In this document: positions 31,074 to 41,039 of the stretch, piece by piece
How the letters are laid out: every line of letters begins with the position of its first letter
How positions within the stretch are numbered: position 1 is the first letter of the stretch
Assembly (NCBI GenBank): GCA_963741955.1
Contig: CAVUKB010000005.1
Coordinates: forward strand, 704,001-768,000
Direction of reading: 5' to 3'
Source: an uncultured Acidobacteriota bacterium
GTDB lineage: Bacteria > Acidobacteriota > Thermoanaerobaculia > Gp7-AA8
DNA length: 64,000 bases
The notes under the pieces: generated by a model
Databases searched by the model: none
Told to the model about the DNA's origin: nothing
What the model saw: the letters and a program-made list of their open reading frames with translations, nothing else
Position numbers and translations under genes: made by a program

Positions 31074-32086
31074 GATCACTCCCCTACCCGAAGAAAGTCG
31101 AACTGGCCGACATCACGGTCCGCGACGGATTCCAGCACGAGGAGAAGTGGATCCCCACTCCGGCGAAGTTGTGGCTGGCAGAGGAGCTGATCCTCGCCGG
31201 CTACCGGCGCATCGAGGTGACGAACCTCGGCAACCCGAAAGGGATGCCGCAGTTCCGCGACGCGGACACTCTCCTCGAGCAGATCCGGAAGAGCAAACGC
31301 GTCGCGAAGCACATCGGCGAGGTCGAGCTGACCGCCATCACCATCCGTGAGCGAGCGGTCGACCGGGCGATCGAGCTGAAAGAAAAGGGCGTCGGACCGG
31401 ACCGGATCCTGATGATGGTCTCGACGTCCGCGTCGCACATGAAGACGAACTCCGGGCTCGATCACGCCGGCTACTGGGCCGAGGCGGAGCGGTGCATCCG
31501 GAAGGCCCACGACGCGGGGCTGAGGGTGAACGGGACGGTCAGCACGATCTGGGGATGTCCGATCGAAGGACCGACGAAGCTCGAAGACGCGGTGACGTTC
31601 ACGAGGCGCTTCCTCGAGATCGGCGCCGACGACATCGAGCATGCCGACCACGACGGATCCGCTCCTCCGAACAAGGTCTTCGACTACTACTCCATGATCC
31701 TGGACGCGATCCCCGACGTCTCCAGACACGTCGCACACTTCCACGTCACCCGGGGATGGGGACTGGCGAACGTCCTCGCGGCGCTGCAGGCGGGGATCGT
31801 CCGTTTCGAGAGCACGCTCGGCGGGATCGGCGGTCAGCCGGCGAATTTCTTCGATGGCTACCCGGTGGCGGGAACGGGAAAGTATTACTACCAGGATCCG
31901 AACAACGTCGGGCTGGTCTGCACCGAGGATCTGGTGGTGATGCTCGATGAGATGGGGATCGAGACGGGAATCGACGTCGACCGCATCCTTCAGACCGGAC
32001 GGATGGTTGAGCGGATCGTCGGGCGGCGGCTGCGGAGCGAGACGATCAAGAGCGGAAGGATTCCGAAACAGGCCACGGGGTTCTAG
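31070..32086 (+). CDS. HMG-CoA lyase-like (DRE-TIM, pyruvate carboxyltransferase domain) enzyme
   Basis: DITVRDGFQHE, HFHVTRGWGLAN, TLGGIGG, TEDLVVML. Confidence 0.88.
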   Translation: MRSLPYPKKVELADITVRDGFQHEEKWIPTPAKLWLAEELILAGYRRIEVTNLGNPKGMPQFRDADTLLEQIRKSKRVAKHIGEVELTAITIRERAVDRAIELKEKGVGPDRILMMVSTSASHMKTNSGLDHAGYWAEAERCIRKAHDAGLRVNGTVSTIWGCPIEGPTKLEDAVTFTRRFLEIGADDIEHADHDGSAPPNKVFDYYSMILDAIPDVSRHVAHFHVTRGWGLANVLAALQAGIVRFESTLGGIGGQPANFFDGYPVAGTGKYYYQDPNNVGLVCTEDLVVMLDEMGIETGIDVDRILQTGRMVERIVGRRLRSETIKSGRIPKQATGF

Positions 32087-32177
32087 CGCCGGGTCGTTCG
32101 CGGGGACTTCGTCGCGGGGAACGCTTGGCCGGTCTGGATGCATCGTGCCGCCAGCTGTCCCAGCCGCCAATCCCTCG

Positions 32178-33068
32178 AGTGCCGTAGGCACGATTGCAAT
32201 TGCCCCGGGTGAAGGCGCTCCGCGCCGAAACCCGGGGTTCGCGACGACCGCATTTTCATGTGACCCGTCGCGTCCATCCAGGCGGGCGCGACGCGTGCTC
32301 GCAATGACCGGCGTCGAACGAACGAAGCCTCACTGCACGCGGCATGACCGCCGGGCGATCACAAGCACGAAGGGACGTCAGGCGCAGATCCAGGCGGGCG
32401 CGACGCGTGCTCGCGATGACCAGCGTCGACCGAACGAGACCTCACTGCACGCGGCGTGACCGCCGGTTAGCATGAGCAGAGAAAGGACGAAGGCCGATTC
32501 TCCTGCGCTCGGATCTTGGCCCTCAAGACGATTCCATGACCGCCCTCGGCGTTCTCTACGCCCGATCGCGCTTCCGTCTGCTCGCTTCGAACCGGACCTC
32601 GGCGCCATCACCCGTCGATTTCCTTCGGGATCGTGATATCGTTCGCTATATTCAACCGCATCGAACCGTCCGTTCGGAATTTCCCAGCAGGACAGCCTCG
32701 GGAGGCGGCGCCGATTCTACGAGGAGTAGAACCCTCGGCTTCTCGCGAATTCCGAGATACTCTCGATCGCATGGCACGACCACTTCGACTCGCGTTTCCC
32801 GGCGCGGTCTTTCACGCCACCTCGCGCGGCAATGAACGGAAGCCGATCTTCTGATGCGATGCGGCTTTCTCTCGGGCGGTCTGAGTGGCTCCGGCGGTCA
32901 CGCCGCGTGCAGAACATTCTTCAGCGCAGTACCTTCGGCATCTCAGGCACGCGGCGCGCCCGCCTGGATGATCGAGACGGGCAACGAGAATTACCGGACG
33001 CGCGGGTCCCCGGGTTCCGGCGCGGAGCGCCTTCACCCGGGGCAATTCTCAACCGTGCCTCCGGCACT
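32178..33068. mobile_element. Relic RAYT/REP locus: ~180-bp imperfect inverted repeats (32178-32354; 32891-33068) around a transposase fragment
   Basis: Both arms contain aattgccccgggtgaaggcgctccgcgccg, atccaggcgggcgcg and ctgcacgcggcRtgaccgccgg in opposite orientation; part of the left arm is duplicated at 32388-32466. Confidence 0.7.
32771..32854 (+). pseudogene. Truncated REP-associated tyrosine transposase (IS200-like Y1) N-terminus
   Basis: MARPLRLAFPGAVFHATSRGNERKPIF* matches the conserved RAYT N-terminus; stops after 27 aa, no HUH motif follows. Confidence 0.8.
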
Positions 33069-33273
33069 GGGGACCAACGCCGACATCCCGCTCTCGTCAA
33101 AGGTCCGGTCGCACGCGAGTTGAAATGAGGGCGCCTTGCGGGGGACGTGGCGCGGCCGCTACGCGAGCGCCAAGCAGCTCCCCCCGATCGCTGCGATCCT
33201 CCGCCGGCAGCACCGGCTACGTCTCCGATCCATCGCGCGCTGCGAGCGCGAGCTCGCGGACGATCGTCGTGCG

Positions 33274-36200
33274 TCACGACAGTCCCCGCCACGACAGCAC
33301 CCCGAGCCCCGTGCCGAGAAGGAGGGCGACGAGCGCGACCATTCCGAGGAGCGACAGCGCCGGGATCCGCCCGATCATCGCGGGAGCGGCGAGGATCGTC
33401 ACGACTTGCGCGTCCATCGATCCGAGCCCCGACCCGCTGGCCGAGGTGAGGCGGACTTCGAACGAACGGTCGCCGTCGAGTGCGGAGTGTGGTGCAATCG
33501 GGATCTCGATCGTCCGTGAGGTCGCGTCTCCACTCGACCAGACGAAATCCCCTTCGACCGGAGTGAAGTCACGCCCTGGGAGTGCGGTTCCGACCTCAGT
33601 GCGATAGTGGATCGACGCGATTCCATCCGAGCCGCCGTCTCGCCGGACTTCGACCCTGACCGGTCCGGCCGTTCCGGGGATCGTGGTGGAAGCGGCGGTG
33701 AACACGATCGTCCCTGGGGTGAAGACGTCGAGAATCGTGATCGTGAGAGTCTCGTCGCCGTCGCTCGACGGGATCGCCTCCGCGGCAGGATCGGAGCTCT
33801 CGAGATGCAAGGCGAGGGTGAACGACTCGTCGCCTTCCTGAATCGCGTCGGCGATGATCGGAACGGTAATCTTGCGCGCCGTGGCGTCGCCGTCGGACCA
33901 CGATAGCGTCCCTCTCGTGGACATGTAGTCGCTCGCTGCGATCGCGCTTCCATCGGCGGTCGCGTACGAGACGAAGAGGGAGCCGATCGATCCGTCCTGA
34001 CGCTGAACGGTGACCACCGCCGATCCGCTTCGTTCGCCGACCGAGATGGTTGTGGAGGGGAACTGTGCACGTCCGACCGGGATCTCGTATTTCCAGAGCT
34101 CACGCCCGATCTCCTCGGTCGATGCGGCGAACAGAAGCTCGCGACCGATTCGAGCGAGGCTGCCCGGAGAGGAGGAGCCCAGCCCTGGAACGACGTCGGC
34201 GGCAAGGTGGGTTCCATCCGGAGTGCCGTCGGTGACCCACAGCTCGCGCCCCACGCCGTCTGCGGCGGAAAAGTAGACGTGGCGGCCGACTCGGAAGAAA
34301 TCGGAGGGGTCGGAGCTCTCGACTCCCGGTGCGATGTCGGCCAGCAGGAATGTGCCGGCGGCTGAGCCGTCGGTCCGCCAGAGCTCGTTCCCATTCTCGT
34401 CGGTGCGGGCGACGAAGAGCGTGCCGCCGCGCAGTGGCGTGAAGGAGCGGGGCTTCGAGGAGTACGAGCCGGCGCGGATGTCCTTCAGCACGTGGGTCCC
34501 TCCGACCGTTCCGTCGGTGACCCAGAGCTCCTGACCGTGATCCGCATCGGGGGCGCCGAAGAGAACCAGATGGCCGAGCGTTCCGAACTCCGAGAGCATC
34601 CGCCAGAAAGTCGCGCTCAGGTCGGCAGGATCGAATGTGTGGAGAAGGATCGTTCCGTCGTGCGTTCCGTCCGTACGCCAGAGACGGTATGAGTCGCAGA
34701 AGAAGAGAAATGCATCCGAAACGGCGACCGGTTGAGCGGAAACCGACGCGGTGCCGGTGAGCTCGGCGAGCGACCGCGTTCCCGCCGTCGTTCCATCGGT
34801 GATCCACGGTTCGCGCGGCGTCGTATCCGTTGCGGCCCGGAACACCATTATCCCGGGGCTGCCGGGAAAGGGAAAGAAGTGTTCGTCCGTGAACGAGAAT
34901 GGATGGACATTCTCGGGAACTGCGCCGTCCGTCCGCATGATCCAGAGATCGCCGCCGGATTCGTTCCGCAGGAGGAGTCCCGGGAGGAAGGATTGGAGCG
35001 GCTGTAGGTTGAGCTCTTGTCCGGCGCCGTCTCTCACGGCCTCCGTGCCGGCTGCGGTTCCGTCCGTACGGTACGTCACAAATCGAGCTGAGGATGGTGA
35101 GGGATAGGCCGCGAAGTAGGCATGGGTTCCGAACGCGACGAAATGATCGGGGGTCGATGAGAACGGTCCTGAACTGATGTCCGCCAGTCGAGTCGTTCCA
35201 GCCGTCGTCCCGTCGGTCACCCACGGTTCGAATCCCGCGTCCCGGTCATACGCGGCAAAGACGATGCGGTTTCCGATGGCCGTCGGCGAGGTCACGTCGG
35301 AGCTCGCCGCCTCGAGTCCGGATGCAAGCGGATAGGTTCCGGCGGCGGTGCCGTCGCTCCGCCACGGAAGTCCTCCGTTCTCGAACAGAAGGACGCCTGG
35401 CAACGAAGAGAGCGAGGAGGCGGAGACGTCCGCGACCTTCTTCGTCCCGATGGTGGTCCCGTCGGTGTGCCAAAGCTCTCCGGCCACGGTGGAGAAGTAC
35501 ACATCGCTTCCGACCGCGGCGAACTCCAACGGGTGGATGCCGGTGAGGATCCGATGGGTTCCGAGTTCCGTTCCATCGGAGAGCCAGAGGCCGTCCTGCG
35601 ACGACGAATCCTTCGCCGTGAAGTAGAGGCGCCCCCCGACGACCGCGTAAGCGTAGTCGAAGTTGAAGGGACCGTCGGGAGATGTGGAGAGCGGGGCGGT
35701 GCCAGCTCCGGTTCCGTCCGAAATCCACAGCGCCGGTCCGGAATTCGACGCGAACACGAGACGGGTCCCCAGAGCTTGCGGCGCGCGGCAGCAGTAAGAC
35801 GAACTGGACCCGAGATCGAGGACGATCACGGTTCCAGCCGGGGAGCCGTCGGTGACCCAGAGGCGGGTTCCACTCGGCTCGGCGTCGAACAGGAAGAGAC
35901 GGGATCCAACCTTCGTCAGACCAGACAGTGTTGCGGACGTGCCGAAATCGTGGACGAGCACCGTGCCGCCCTCGGTGCCGTCGGACTTCCAGAGCTGCTT
36001 CCCGGTCACGGTGAAGAACAGAGTTCCGTTCAGATCTGTGAGGTGGGAGGGAAACGCGCCTGCACGGCCCGGAAGAATGTCACGAACCAATGTCGTTCCG
36101 TCACGGGTGCCATCGGTCTTCCAGAGCTCGGCCCCGAAGATCTCGTCGATTCCCATGAAGTAGAGAGTCGGCCCCGACACGACGGGAGGCGACGCGATGG

Positions 36201-36672
36201 GCATGTACTGTGACGCGAACGTCCGCACCAGAACCGTGCCGGCAGCGCTGCCGTCGGTCTTCCAGAGAGCGGTTTCCAGATCGGGAGTTGTGACGAAGAA
36301 GTACCCCTCGCCGTTGAAGGCGGTGACCGGACCGTTCTCCGGGTCCCACGAGAGCAGTGCCCCACTCCAACCCGTTCCCGCAATACCCTCGTTGATGTCC
36401 CTTACAATCGATGTCCCGGCGACGGTTCCATCGGTCTTCCAGAGCTCGAATCCCGTCTGGTGTCGCACTCCGCCGAAATAGGCCACATTTGCGACCGGGG
36501 AGTAATACGCACGCATGTCTCCAGTCGAGTTCAGCAGAAGTGTCGTGCTCGTAGTCGACGGGTCGATGTCGCGAACGAGCGTGACGCTCTGGGCCTGAAG
36601 GGACGCAGCGGTGATCGTGAGGACGGCTGCAGCGACGACCTCCGTGACGAATCCGATCCGTGAGACATACAT
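33274..36672 (-). CDS. ELWxxDGT-repeat surface protein with two Calx-beta domains and an IPTL-CTERM-like sorting tail
   Basis: Many ELW(K/V)(T/S)DGT repeats, Calx-beta motifs (VSYATADGSA...DY...EGDESF), C-terminal IPALSLLGMVALVALLLGTGLGVLSWR. Confidence 0.88.
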   Translation of the reverse strand: MYVSRIGFVTEVVAAAVLTITAASLQAQSVTLVRDIDPSTTSTTLLLNSTGDMRAYYSPVANVAYFGGVRHQTGFELWKTDGTVAGTSIVRDINEGIAGTGWSGALLSWDPENGPVTAFNGEGYFFVTTPDLETALWKTDGSAAGTVLVRTFASQYMPIASPPVVSGPTLYFMGIDEIFGAELWKTDGTRDGTTLVRDILPGRAGAFPSHLTDLNGTLFFTVTGKQLWKSDGTEGGTVLVHDFGTSATLSGLTKVGSRLFLFDAEPSGTRLWVTDGSPAGTVIVLDLGSSSSYCCRAPQALGTRLVFASNSGPALWISDGTGAGTAPLSTSPDGPFNFDYAYAVVGGRLYFTAKDSSSQDGLWLSDGTELGTHRILTGIHPLEFAAVGSDVYFSTVAGELWHTDGTTIGTKKVADVSASSLSSLPGVLLFENGGLPWRSDGTAAGTYPLASGLEAASSDVTSPTAIGNRIVFAAYDRDAGFEPWVTDGTTAGTTRLADISSGPFSSTPDHFVAFGTHAYFAAYPSPSSARFVTYRTDGTAAGTEAVRDGAGQELNLQPLQSFLPGLLLRNESGGDLWIMRTDGAVPENVHPFSFTDEHFFPFPGSPGIMVFRAATDTTPREPWITDGTTAGTRSLAELTGTASVSAQPVAVSDAFLFFCDSYRLWRTDGTHDGTILLHTFDPADLSATFWRMLSEFGTLGHLVLFGAPDADHGQELWVTDGTVGGTHVLKDIRAGSYSSKPRSFTPLRGGTLFVARTDENGNELWRTDGSAAGTFLLADIAPGVESSDPSDFFRVGRHVYFSAADGVGRELWVTDGTPDGTHLAADVVPGLGSSSPGSLARIGRELLFAASTEEIGRELWKYEIPVGRAQFPSTTISVGERSGSAVVTVQRQDGSIGSLFVSYATADGSAIAASDYMSTRGTLSWSDGDATARKITVPIIADAIQEGDESFTLALHLESSDPAAEAIPSSDGDETLTITILDVFTPGTIVFTAASTTIPGTAGPVRVEVRRDGGSDGIASIHYRTEVGTALPGRDFTPVEGDFVWSSGDATSRTIEIPIAPHSALDGDRSFEVRLTSASGSGLGSMDAQVVTILAAPAMIGRIPALSLLGMVALVALLLGTGLGVLSWRGLS

Positions 36673-37170
36673 GGAGTCCCCCTTTCTTCGGTGGCTCCCA
36701 GGAGAGCGGGCGGAGCGGTCCCGGAGGTCTGTGAGGTCCATTGTAATGCACGCCAGCGAGACCGGCGGCACTTATGGAGACGGACCCCGTTCCATGGTCA
36801 CACGAGGCCGCCGTCGACCGAGTTCCGTCCGGAGCTCCTGACCCATTGAGCACATTTCGAAGGAGCGGGACATGGCTCCGGGTCCAAGCGCCGATCATCC
36901 GCCGCGCGCACGACGCGGCCGCCTCAAATTCCTCCCCGACGCGGGAGTTTGGAGCATTTCGAGAACTGGACGCATTGCGACTGACGCCGGTGCAGTTCAG
37001 GGTGCGGCGGAATCCTGCAGTGAGGAGCTCATCTGTGGGAATCGTCCGCCTCGCGACATCGGTATCGAGGGGCGTCGTCGGATCCGGCGGATGTCTCTTC
37101 ACGATTACAATGGCGGTGCGCATGGAGAATGCCCGGCTCGGGATTCCCATGCGAATCGCCGGCCGAATGC

Positions 37171-37611
37171 ATGCGACTCTGGTCCATCCATCCTCAGTAC
37201 CTCGACGCGAAGGGCATCGTGGCCCTCTGGCGCGAGGCGCTCCTCGCGCAGGCGGTGCTGCGCGGCGAGACGCGTGGTTATCGCCACCATCCCCAGCTGG
37301 AACGGTTCCGGGCGCACGCGCGTCCGCCTTCGGCCCTCGCGACGTACCTCGCGGAAGTTCACGCGGAGGCGGTACGGCGTGAGTACATGTTCGACGCGAC
37401 AAGGATTGGATCGGGGCGGACGAAGAGAACGATCGCCGTCACGTCGGGACAGATCGACTACGAGTGGCGGCACCTGATGGAGAAGCTCCGCCAACGCGCT
37501 CCGGAGCTCTACCGGAAGTGGCGCCGCGTCGACAGCCCGGAGGTCCATCCACTGTTCGTCATCGTCCCGGGGGACGTCGAATCGTGGGAGCGGATTCAGG
37601 GCTCGGGATAA
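37171..37611 (+). CDS. Pyrimidine-dimer DNA glycosylase / endonuclease V family protein
   Basis: MRLWSIHPQYLDAKGIVALWREALLAQAVL...GYRHHPQLERF. Confidence 0.88.
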   Translation: MRLWSIHPQYLDAKGIVALWREALLAQAVLRGETRGYRHHPQLERFRAHARPPSALATYLAEVHAEAVRREYMFDATRIGSGRTKRTIAVTSGQIDYEWRHLMEKLRQRAPELYRKWRRVDSPEVHPLFVIVPGDVESWERIQGSG

Positions 37612-37936
37612 TGCGGCTGATGTTCGCCACTCGGCCACTCGCGCGACCGCATCGTGTCCACCCGTCCTTTGAAGGTCGCCGCTAAACGAACCAGGTTCCG
37701 GTTGGAAGATACTCAGCGCACGAGTCGATTGGGAGAACGGCAAAGTTCACACCGGCTGGAGCGTCAGGAACCGTTTACCAAACTTTTGGAGCCCGGATTC
37801 GCGGATCGAGTTGCGTGAACCGATCGATCGACATTCCGAATGTCGGCTCCGGATCCCTGAAAGTTCGGCCACGACGGGCAAACCTCGAGCCCGCACTCAA
37901 CGAGCCTCGAGTCTCGATCCTCTAGCCTCGAATCTC

Positions 37937-39655
37937 CTAACCTCGAATCTCCAGCATCCGCACCGCGACGACGGTCTGGTCGTCGTACTGCGGCACCTCG
38001 CCGGCGAAGGCGTCGACGGCTCTGACGATCGCATCGCGGATTCCGGCGACCCCGCCAGGGTGGGTGGCGATCACCTCGCGCAGCCGTTCGTTCCCGAACT
38101 CCTCTCCCTCCCGATTCTCCGCTTCAGTGATTCCGTCGCTGTAGAGAATCAGCGCGTCGCCCGGAGAGAGCTTTCGCGACTGCGTCGCATAGATGGTCTG
38201 CGGGAGCATTCCGACCGGAAGCCCGTTCGAGCGGACGTGGTCGATCGACGTGGCAGTGACGAGATACGCGGGGTTATGCCCCGCGTTGACGTATCGCAGC
38301 ATCCCTCGCTCGCGATCGAGAGTGGCGATGATGAGGGTGATGAACTTGCTGTCGGAGGACCAGCGGTGGATGTGGCGATTCAGCTCCGTGGCGATCTCGC
38401 CGAGGTCTCTTCCCTCGTCGAAGAGAAGCTGGAGCGCGGCGTGGAAGGCGGAGACGAGGAGCGCCGCGGGAACGGATTTTCCGGAGACGTCGGCGACGCA
38501 GAACGAAAGCCCGTCCTCGTGCTGGAAGAATGCGTGGTAGTCGCCGCCGAGCTGACGCGCGGGGCGGGAGAAGGCGGCGATCTCGAAGCCGGGGACCGCC
38601 GGGACGGACCGCGGAAGAATGTCGCGCTGAATGGTGACCGCGAGCTCGAGCTCGCGCTCGAGGGCCTGTTTCTCCAGAGCCTCGCGATGGAGACGTGCAT
38701 TCTCGAGGGCGATGGCGACCTGGTTCGCGAATCGCGTGAGGAGCTGGATGTCGCTCTCCTCGAACGGGCCGATCCCGCCGTCCCGCAGCTCGCGATCGCC
38801 GGCGGCGAGAAGTCCGATCACCTGTTCGCCGGTACGGATGGGGAGGGCGACGAAGCTGCTGCAGTCGGGAAAGATGCACGCCGCCGCATCCTCGAACTGG
38901 ATCGGTGTTCCTTCCTTCAGCGATTCCCAGGAGAACGCATCGCTGAGATCCGCGTCGAGGACTTCGGAGCGGACGTCGCCGAACGATTTCTTGAGCTGGA
39001 ATGCGTCGCCCTCACGGAGGTAGAAGGCGGCGCGGCGCGCGTTGAGGAGCGAGAGCGTTCGGATCAGGATCTCGTCGGTCAGTTCGTCGAGGTTGAGAGT
39101 CGAAGCAATCGAGAGTCCGATGTCGTAGAGCGACTCGAGCTCCCAGAGGCGGTACTTGAGCTGGAAGTCACCTTCGCGCAGCTCGCTCGCGAGCCGCTGG
39201 TGTGCGAGGAGCATCCCGAGATAGTTGGACGCTGCTTCGAGCATGTCGACATCGACTTCCGCCGAACCATTTTCGGCCGAACCGAGAGCGAGGAGTCCGA
39301 CGTCGTCCTTCCCGTGTCGAAGAGGGACCAGCATGCGCGCATCGGGGTCGAAGAAACCGGCGGACGAAGGCTGGGCGTCCTCCCGCCCGACGCGGGTGAG
39401 ATCGACGATTCCGCTCGGAAGTGTGAGCTCAGGACGCTCGTCGGACGGCGCGCTGCCGCGTGCGGCCGCGAGCTGGAACTCGCTCCCGGCGGCGCCTCGC
39501 AGGTACACCGCGCCGGAGTCGAACGAGGTGTGACGGAGGAACGCGTCGAGGATCAATCCTCCCTGACGCTCCATCGATTCATCGGCGCGGGTTGCGACCC
39601 GCTCGATCTGACGAAGATCGCGGAGGAGATCGGAAAAGCGATTGCCTGAAAGCAT
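37937..39655 (-). CDS. GAF-domain PP2C/SpoIIE serine phosphatase (RsbU-like)
   Basis: GAF region, GGDY, VADVSGKSVPAAL, YVNAGHNP, LYSDGITEA, DDQT. Confidence 0.92.
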   Translation of the reverse strand: MLSGNRFSDLLRDLRQIERVATRADESMERQGGLILDAFLRHTSFDSGAVYLRGAAGSEFQLAAARGSAPSDERPELTLPSGIVDLTRVGREDAQPSSAGFFDPDARMLVPLRHGKDDVGLLALGSAENGSAEVDVDMLEAASNYLGMLLAHQRLASELREGDFQLKYRLWELESLYDIGLSIASTLNLDELTDEILIRTLSLLNARRAAFYLREGDAFQLKKSFGDVRSEVLDADLSDAFSWESLKEGTPIQFEDAAACIFPDCSSFVALPIRTGEQVIGLLAAGDRELRDGGIGPFEESDIQLLTRFANQVAIALENARLHREALEKQALERELELAVTIQRDILPRSVPAVPGFEIAAFSRPARQLGGDYHAFFQHEDGLSFCVADVSGKSVPAALLVSAFHAALQLLFDEGRDLGEIATELNRHIHRWSSDSKFITLIIATLDRERGMLRYVNAGHNPAYLVTATSIDHVRSNGLPVGMLPQTIYATQSRKLSPGDALILYSDGITEAENREGEEFGNERLREVIATHPGGVAGIRDAIVRAVDAFAGEVPQYDDQTVVAVRMLEIRG

Positions 39656-39683
39656 GTTCTGAGTATCAATTCTCTCCGCATAG

Positions 39684-39709
39684 TACGCAACAGCGGGGCG
39701 GGAAGTTCC
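39684..39709 (-). promoter_or_regulatory. Putative ECF-type promoter upstream of the phosphatase
   Basis: Minus strand GGAAC-N17-CGTA. Confidence 0.4.
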
Positions 39710-39853
39710 CGGTCGAGAACGCTATCTCGCGTTACGAACCTGCGTCGAATGTTCGGAATTCTCGGGCTGGCGGAGTCGCGTTCCGAGATGCACGGAATGG
39801 AGATCGACGCGACGGATCGGCGGCTGGTGCCGCCGGAAGCGCCCGGAGCGGCG

Positions 39854-40207
39854 TCAGATCCCGAGCTCGGCGCGCGCGACCTGCTCGTCGGCATAGATCG
39901 GCGCGTACTGCGCGAGACCCATGATCTGGAACGTCTTCTGGATGACCGGAGTGAGGCAGCAGAAGGCGAGGTGTCCGTCCTTCTCCATCATCTTTTCGAT
40001 GATCTCGATCAGGATGCTGATCCCGATGGAGTTGACGATCTTCGTCTCACGGAGATTGAGAAGAAGGGTGTTGACGCCGGAGTCCATCAGCTCATACGCG
40101 CGATTGGCGATCTCCTCGCCTCCTACATTGTTGATGTAGCCCTTGGTGTAGAGGATCGCGGACGCTCCGCTCCGCTCGACCGCAACTTTCAAATCTTCCG
40201 TCGTCAT
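39854..40207 (-). CDS. STAS-domain anti-anti-sigma factor (RsbV-like)
   Basis: IVNSIGISIL phospho-Ser motif, FQIMGL. Confidence 0.9.
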   Translation of the reverse strand: MTTEDLKVAVERSGASAILYTKGYINNVGGEEIANRAYELMDSGVNTLLLNLRETKIVNSIGISILIEIIEKMMEKDGHLAFCCLTPVIQKTFQIMGLAQYAPIYADEQVARAELGI

Positions 40208-40650
40208 ATCGAAGTTCTCTCGCCGTACTTCACCATGTGGATGGTGGTTCCTCCCCCACCGGAGACGATCTCGACTTCATCCATGTGTGCTTCGATGATG
40301 CGGAGTCCCCAACCTCGTTTCTGGGGTGCGCCGGCTGCGTGATGCTCGTGGGCTCTGGCTTTTTCCGGATCGAATCCCTGACCGTGATCGGTGATCCAGA
40401 TCTCCATCCTGGTTCCATCACCGTCGGTCGTGCTGCCGAGGAATGTTAGATAGATACGCTGGTCCGCGCAACACGCATGTTCACGGGCGTTGATGCACGC
40501 CTCGATGATCGCGTGCGACATCTCGTCGATCGCGTTCCCGTTCATCCCGAGCTCACGAGCGAGATCGCCCGCAGCTTTCACTGCGGTGATCTCGATATCC
40601 GGGATCATCGGGAGAGTCAGCTCCACCCGCCGCTCGACGGTGTCGTTCAT
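40204..40650 (-). CDS. Anti-sigma Ser/Thr kinase (RsbW-like HATPase)
   Basis: EACINAREH N-box, ITDHGQGFD, RGWGLRII...MDEV. Confidence 0.9.
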   Translation of the reverse strand: MNDTVERRVELTLPMIPDIEITAVKAAGDLARELGMNGNAIDEMSHAIIEACINAREHACCADQRIYLTFLGSTTDGDGTRMEIWITDHGQGFDPEKARAHEHHAAGAPQKRGWGLRIIEAHMDEVEIVSGGGGTTIHMVKYGERTSI

Positions 40651-40662
40651 GCTCGAGTCCGC

Positions 40663-40830
40663 CTAGAAGGAGAGAAACAGGGTCGCTGCAACCTTGAGCC
40701 AGTGGGGAATGCCCTGGGTCTGCTCGATTCCGAGAAGAAGGAGTGTGTTGAAGGTGAGCAGCGCCGGAAGGAGGAACGTGGGGCTGATCGCCGCTTCCAT
40801 CCTCGCCTTGGTGTTGACAATGTATCGCAT
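40663..40830 (-). CDS. Small hydrophobic protein, 55 aa (absent from the ORF track)
   Basis: MRYIVNTKARMEAAISPTFLLPALLTFNTLLLLGIEQTQGIPHWLKVAATLFLSF*; RBS aggagggg; lies between a sigma54 promoter and the rsbW-like gene. Confidence 0.65.
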   Translation of the reverse strand: MRYIVNTKARMEAAISPTFLLPALLTFNTLLLLGIEQTQGIPHWLKVAATLFLSF

Positions 40831-40865
40831 CGCATCCCCTCCTGTTGAATTCCGGGACTCTCAAG

Positions 40866-40882
40866 AGCAATGCGACTGCCAA
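40866..40882 (-). promoter_or_regulatory. Sigma54 (-24/-12) promoter
   Basis: Minus strand TTGGCAGTCGCATTGCT = GG-N10-GC; AT-rich upstream stretch; next to a sigma54 activator gene. Confidence 0.7.
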
Positions 40883-41039
40883 CGTTGGCCACACGATTCA
40901 AACCTGTATAACCCCTTTTTATTCAGAGATTTGCACGAAACATCCCGTCAAGTGACGGCGCGAGCTGCCGGGACATTACGCCACATAACGCGCAAGAACC
41001 CGAAGCTGTCAGCAGTAAGTCCATGAAAACAGGTCACTT

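Noticed and set aside
36700-37150. Possible ncRNA or gene between the ELWxxDGT gene and the glycosylase
   Set aside because: No recognisable motif, stable structure or credible ORF by eye.
40647-40901. 84-aa ORF from the track upstream of the rsbW-like gene
   Set aside because: It overlaps the sigma54 promoter and has Arg/Ser-rich non-protein composition; the 55-aa frame has the RBS and plausible composition.
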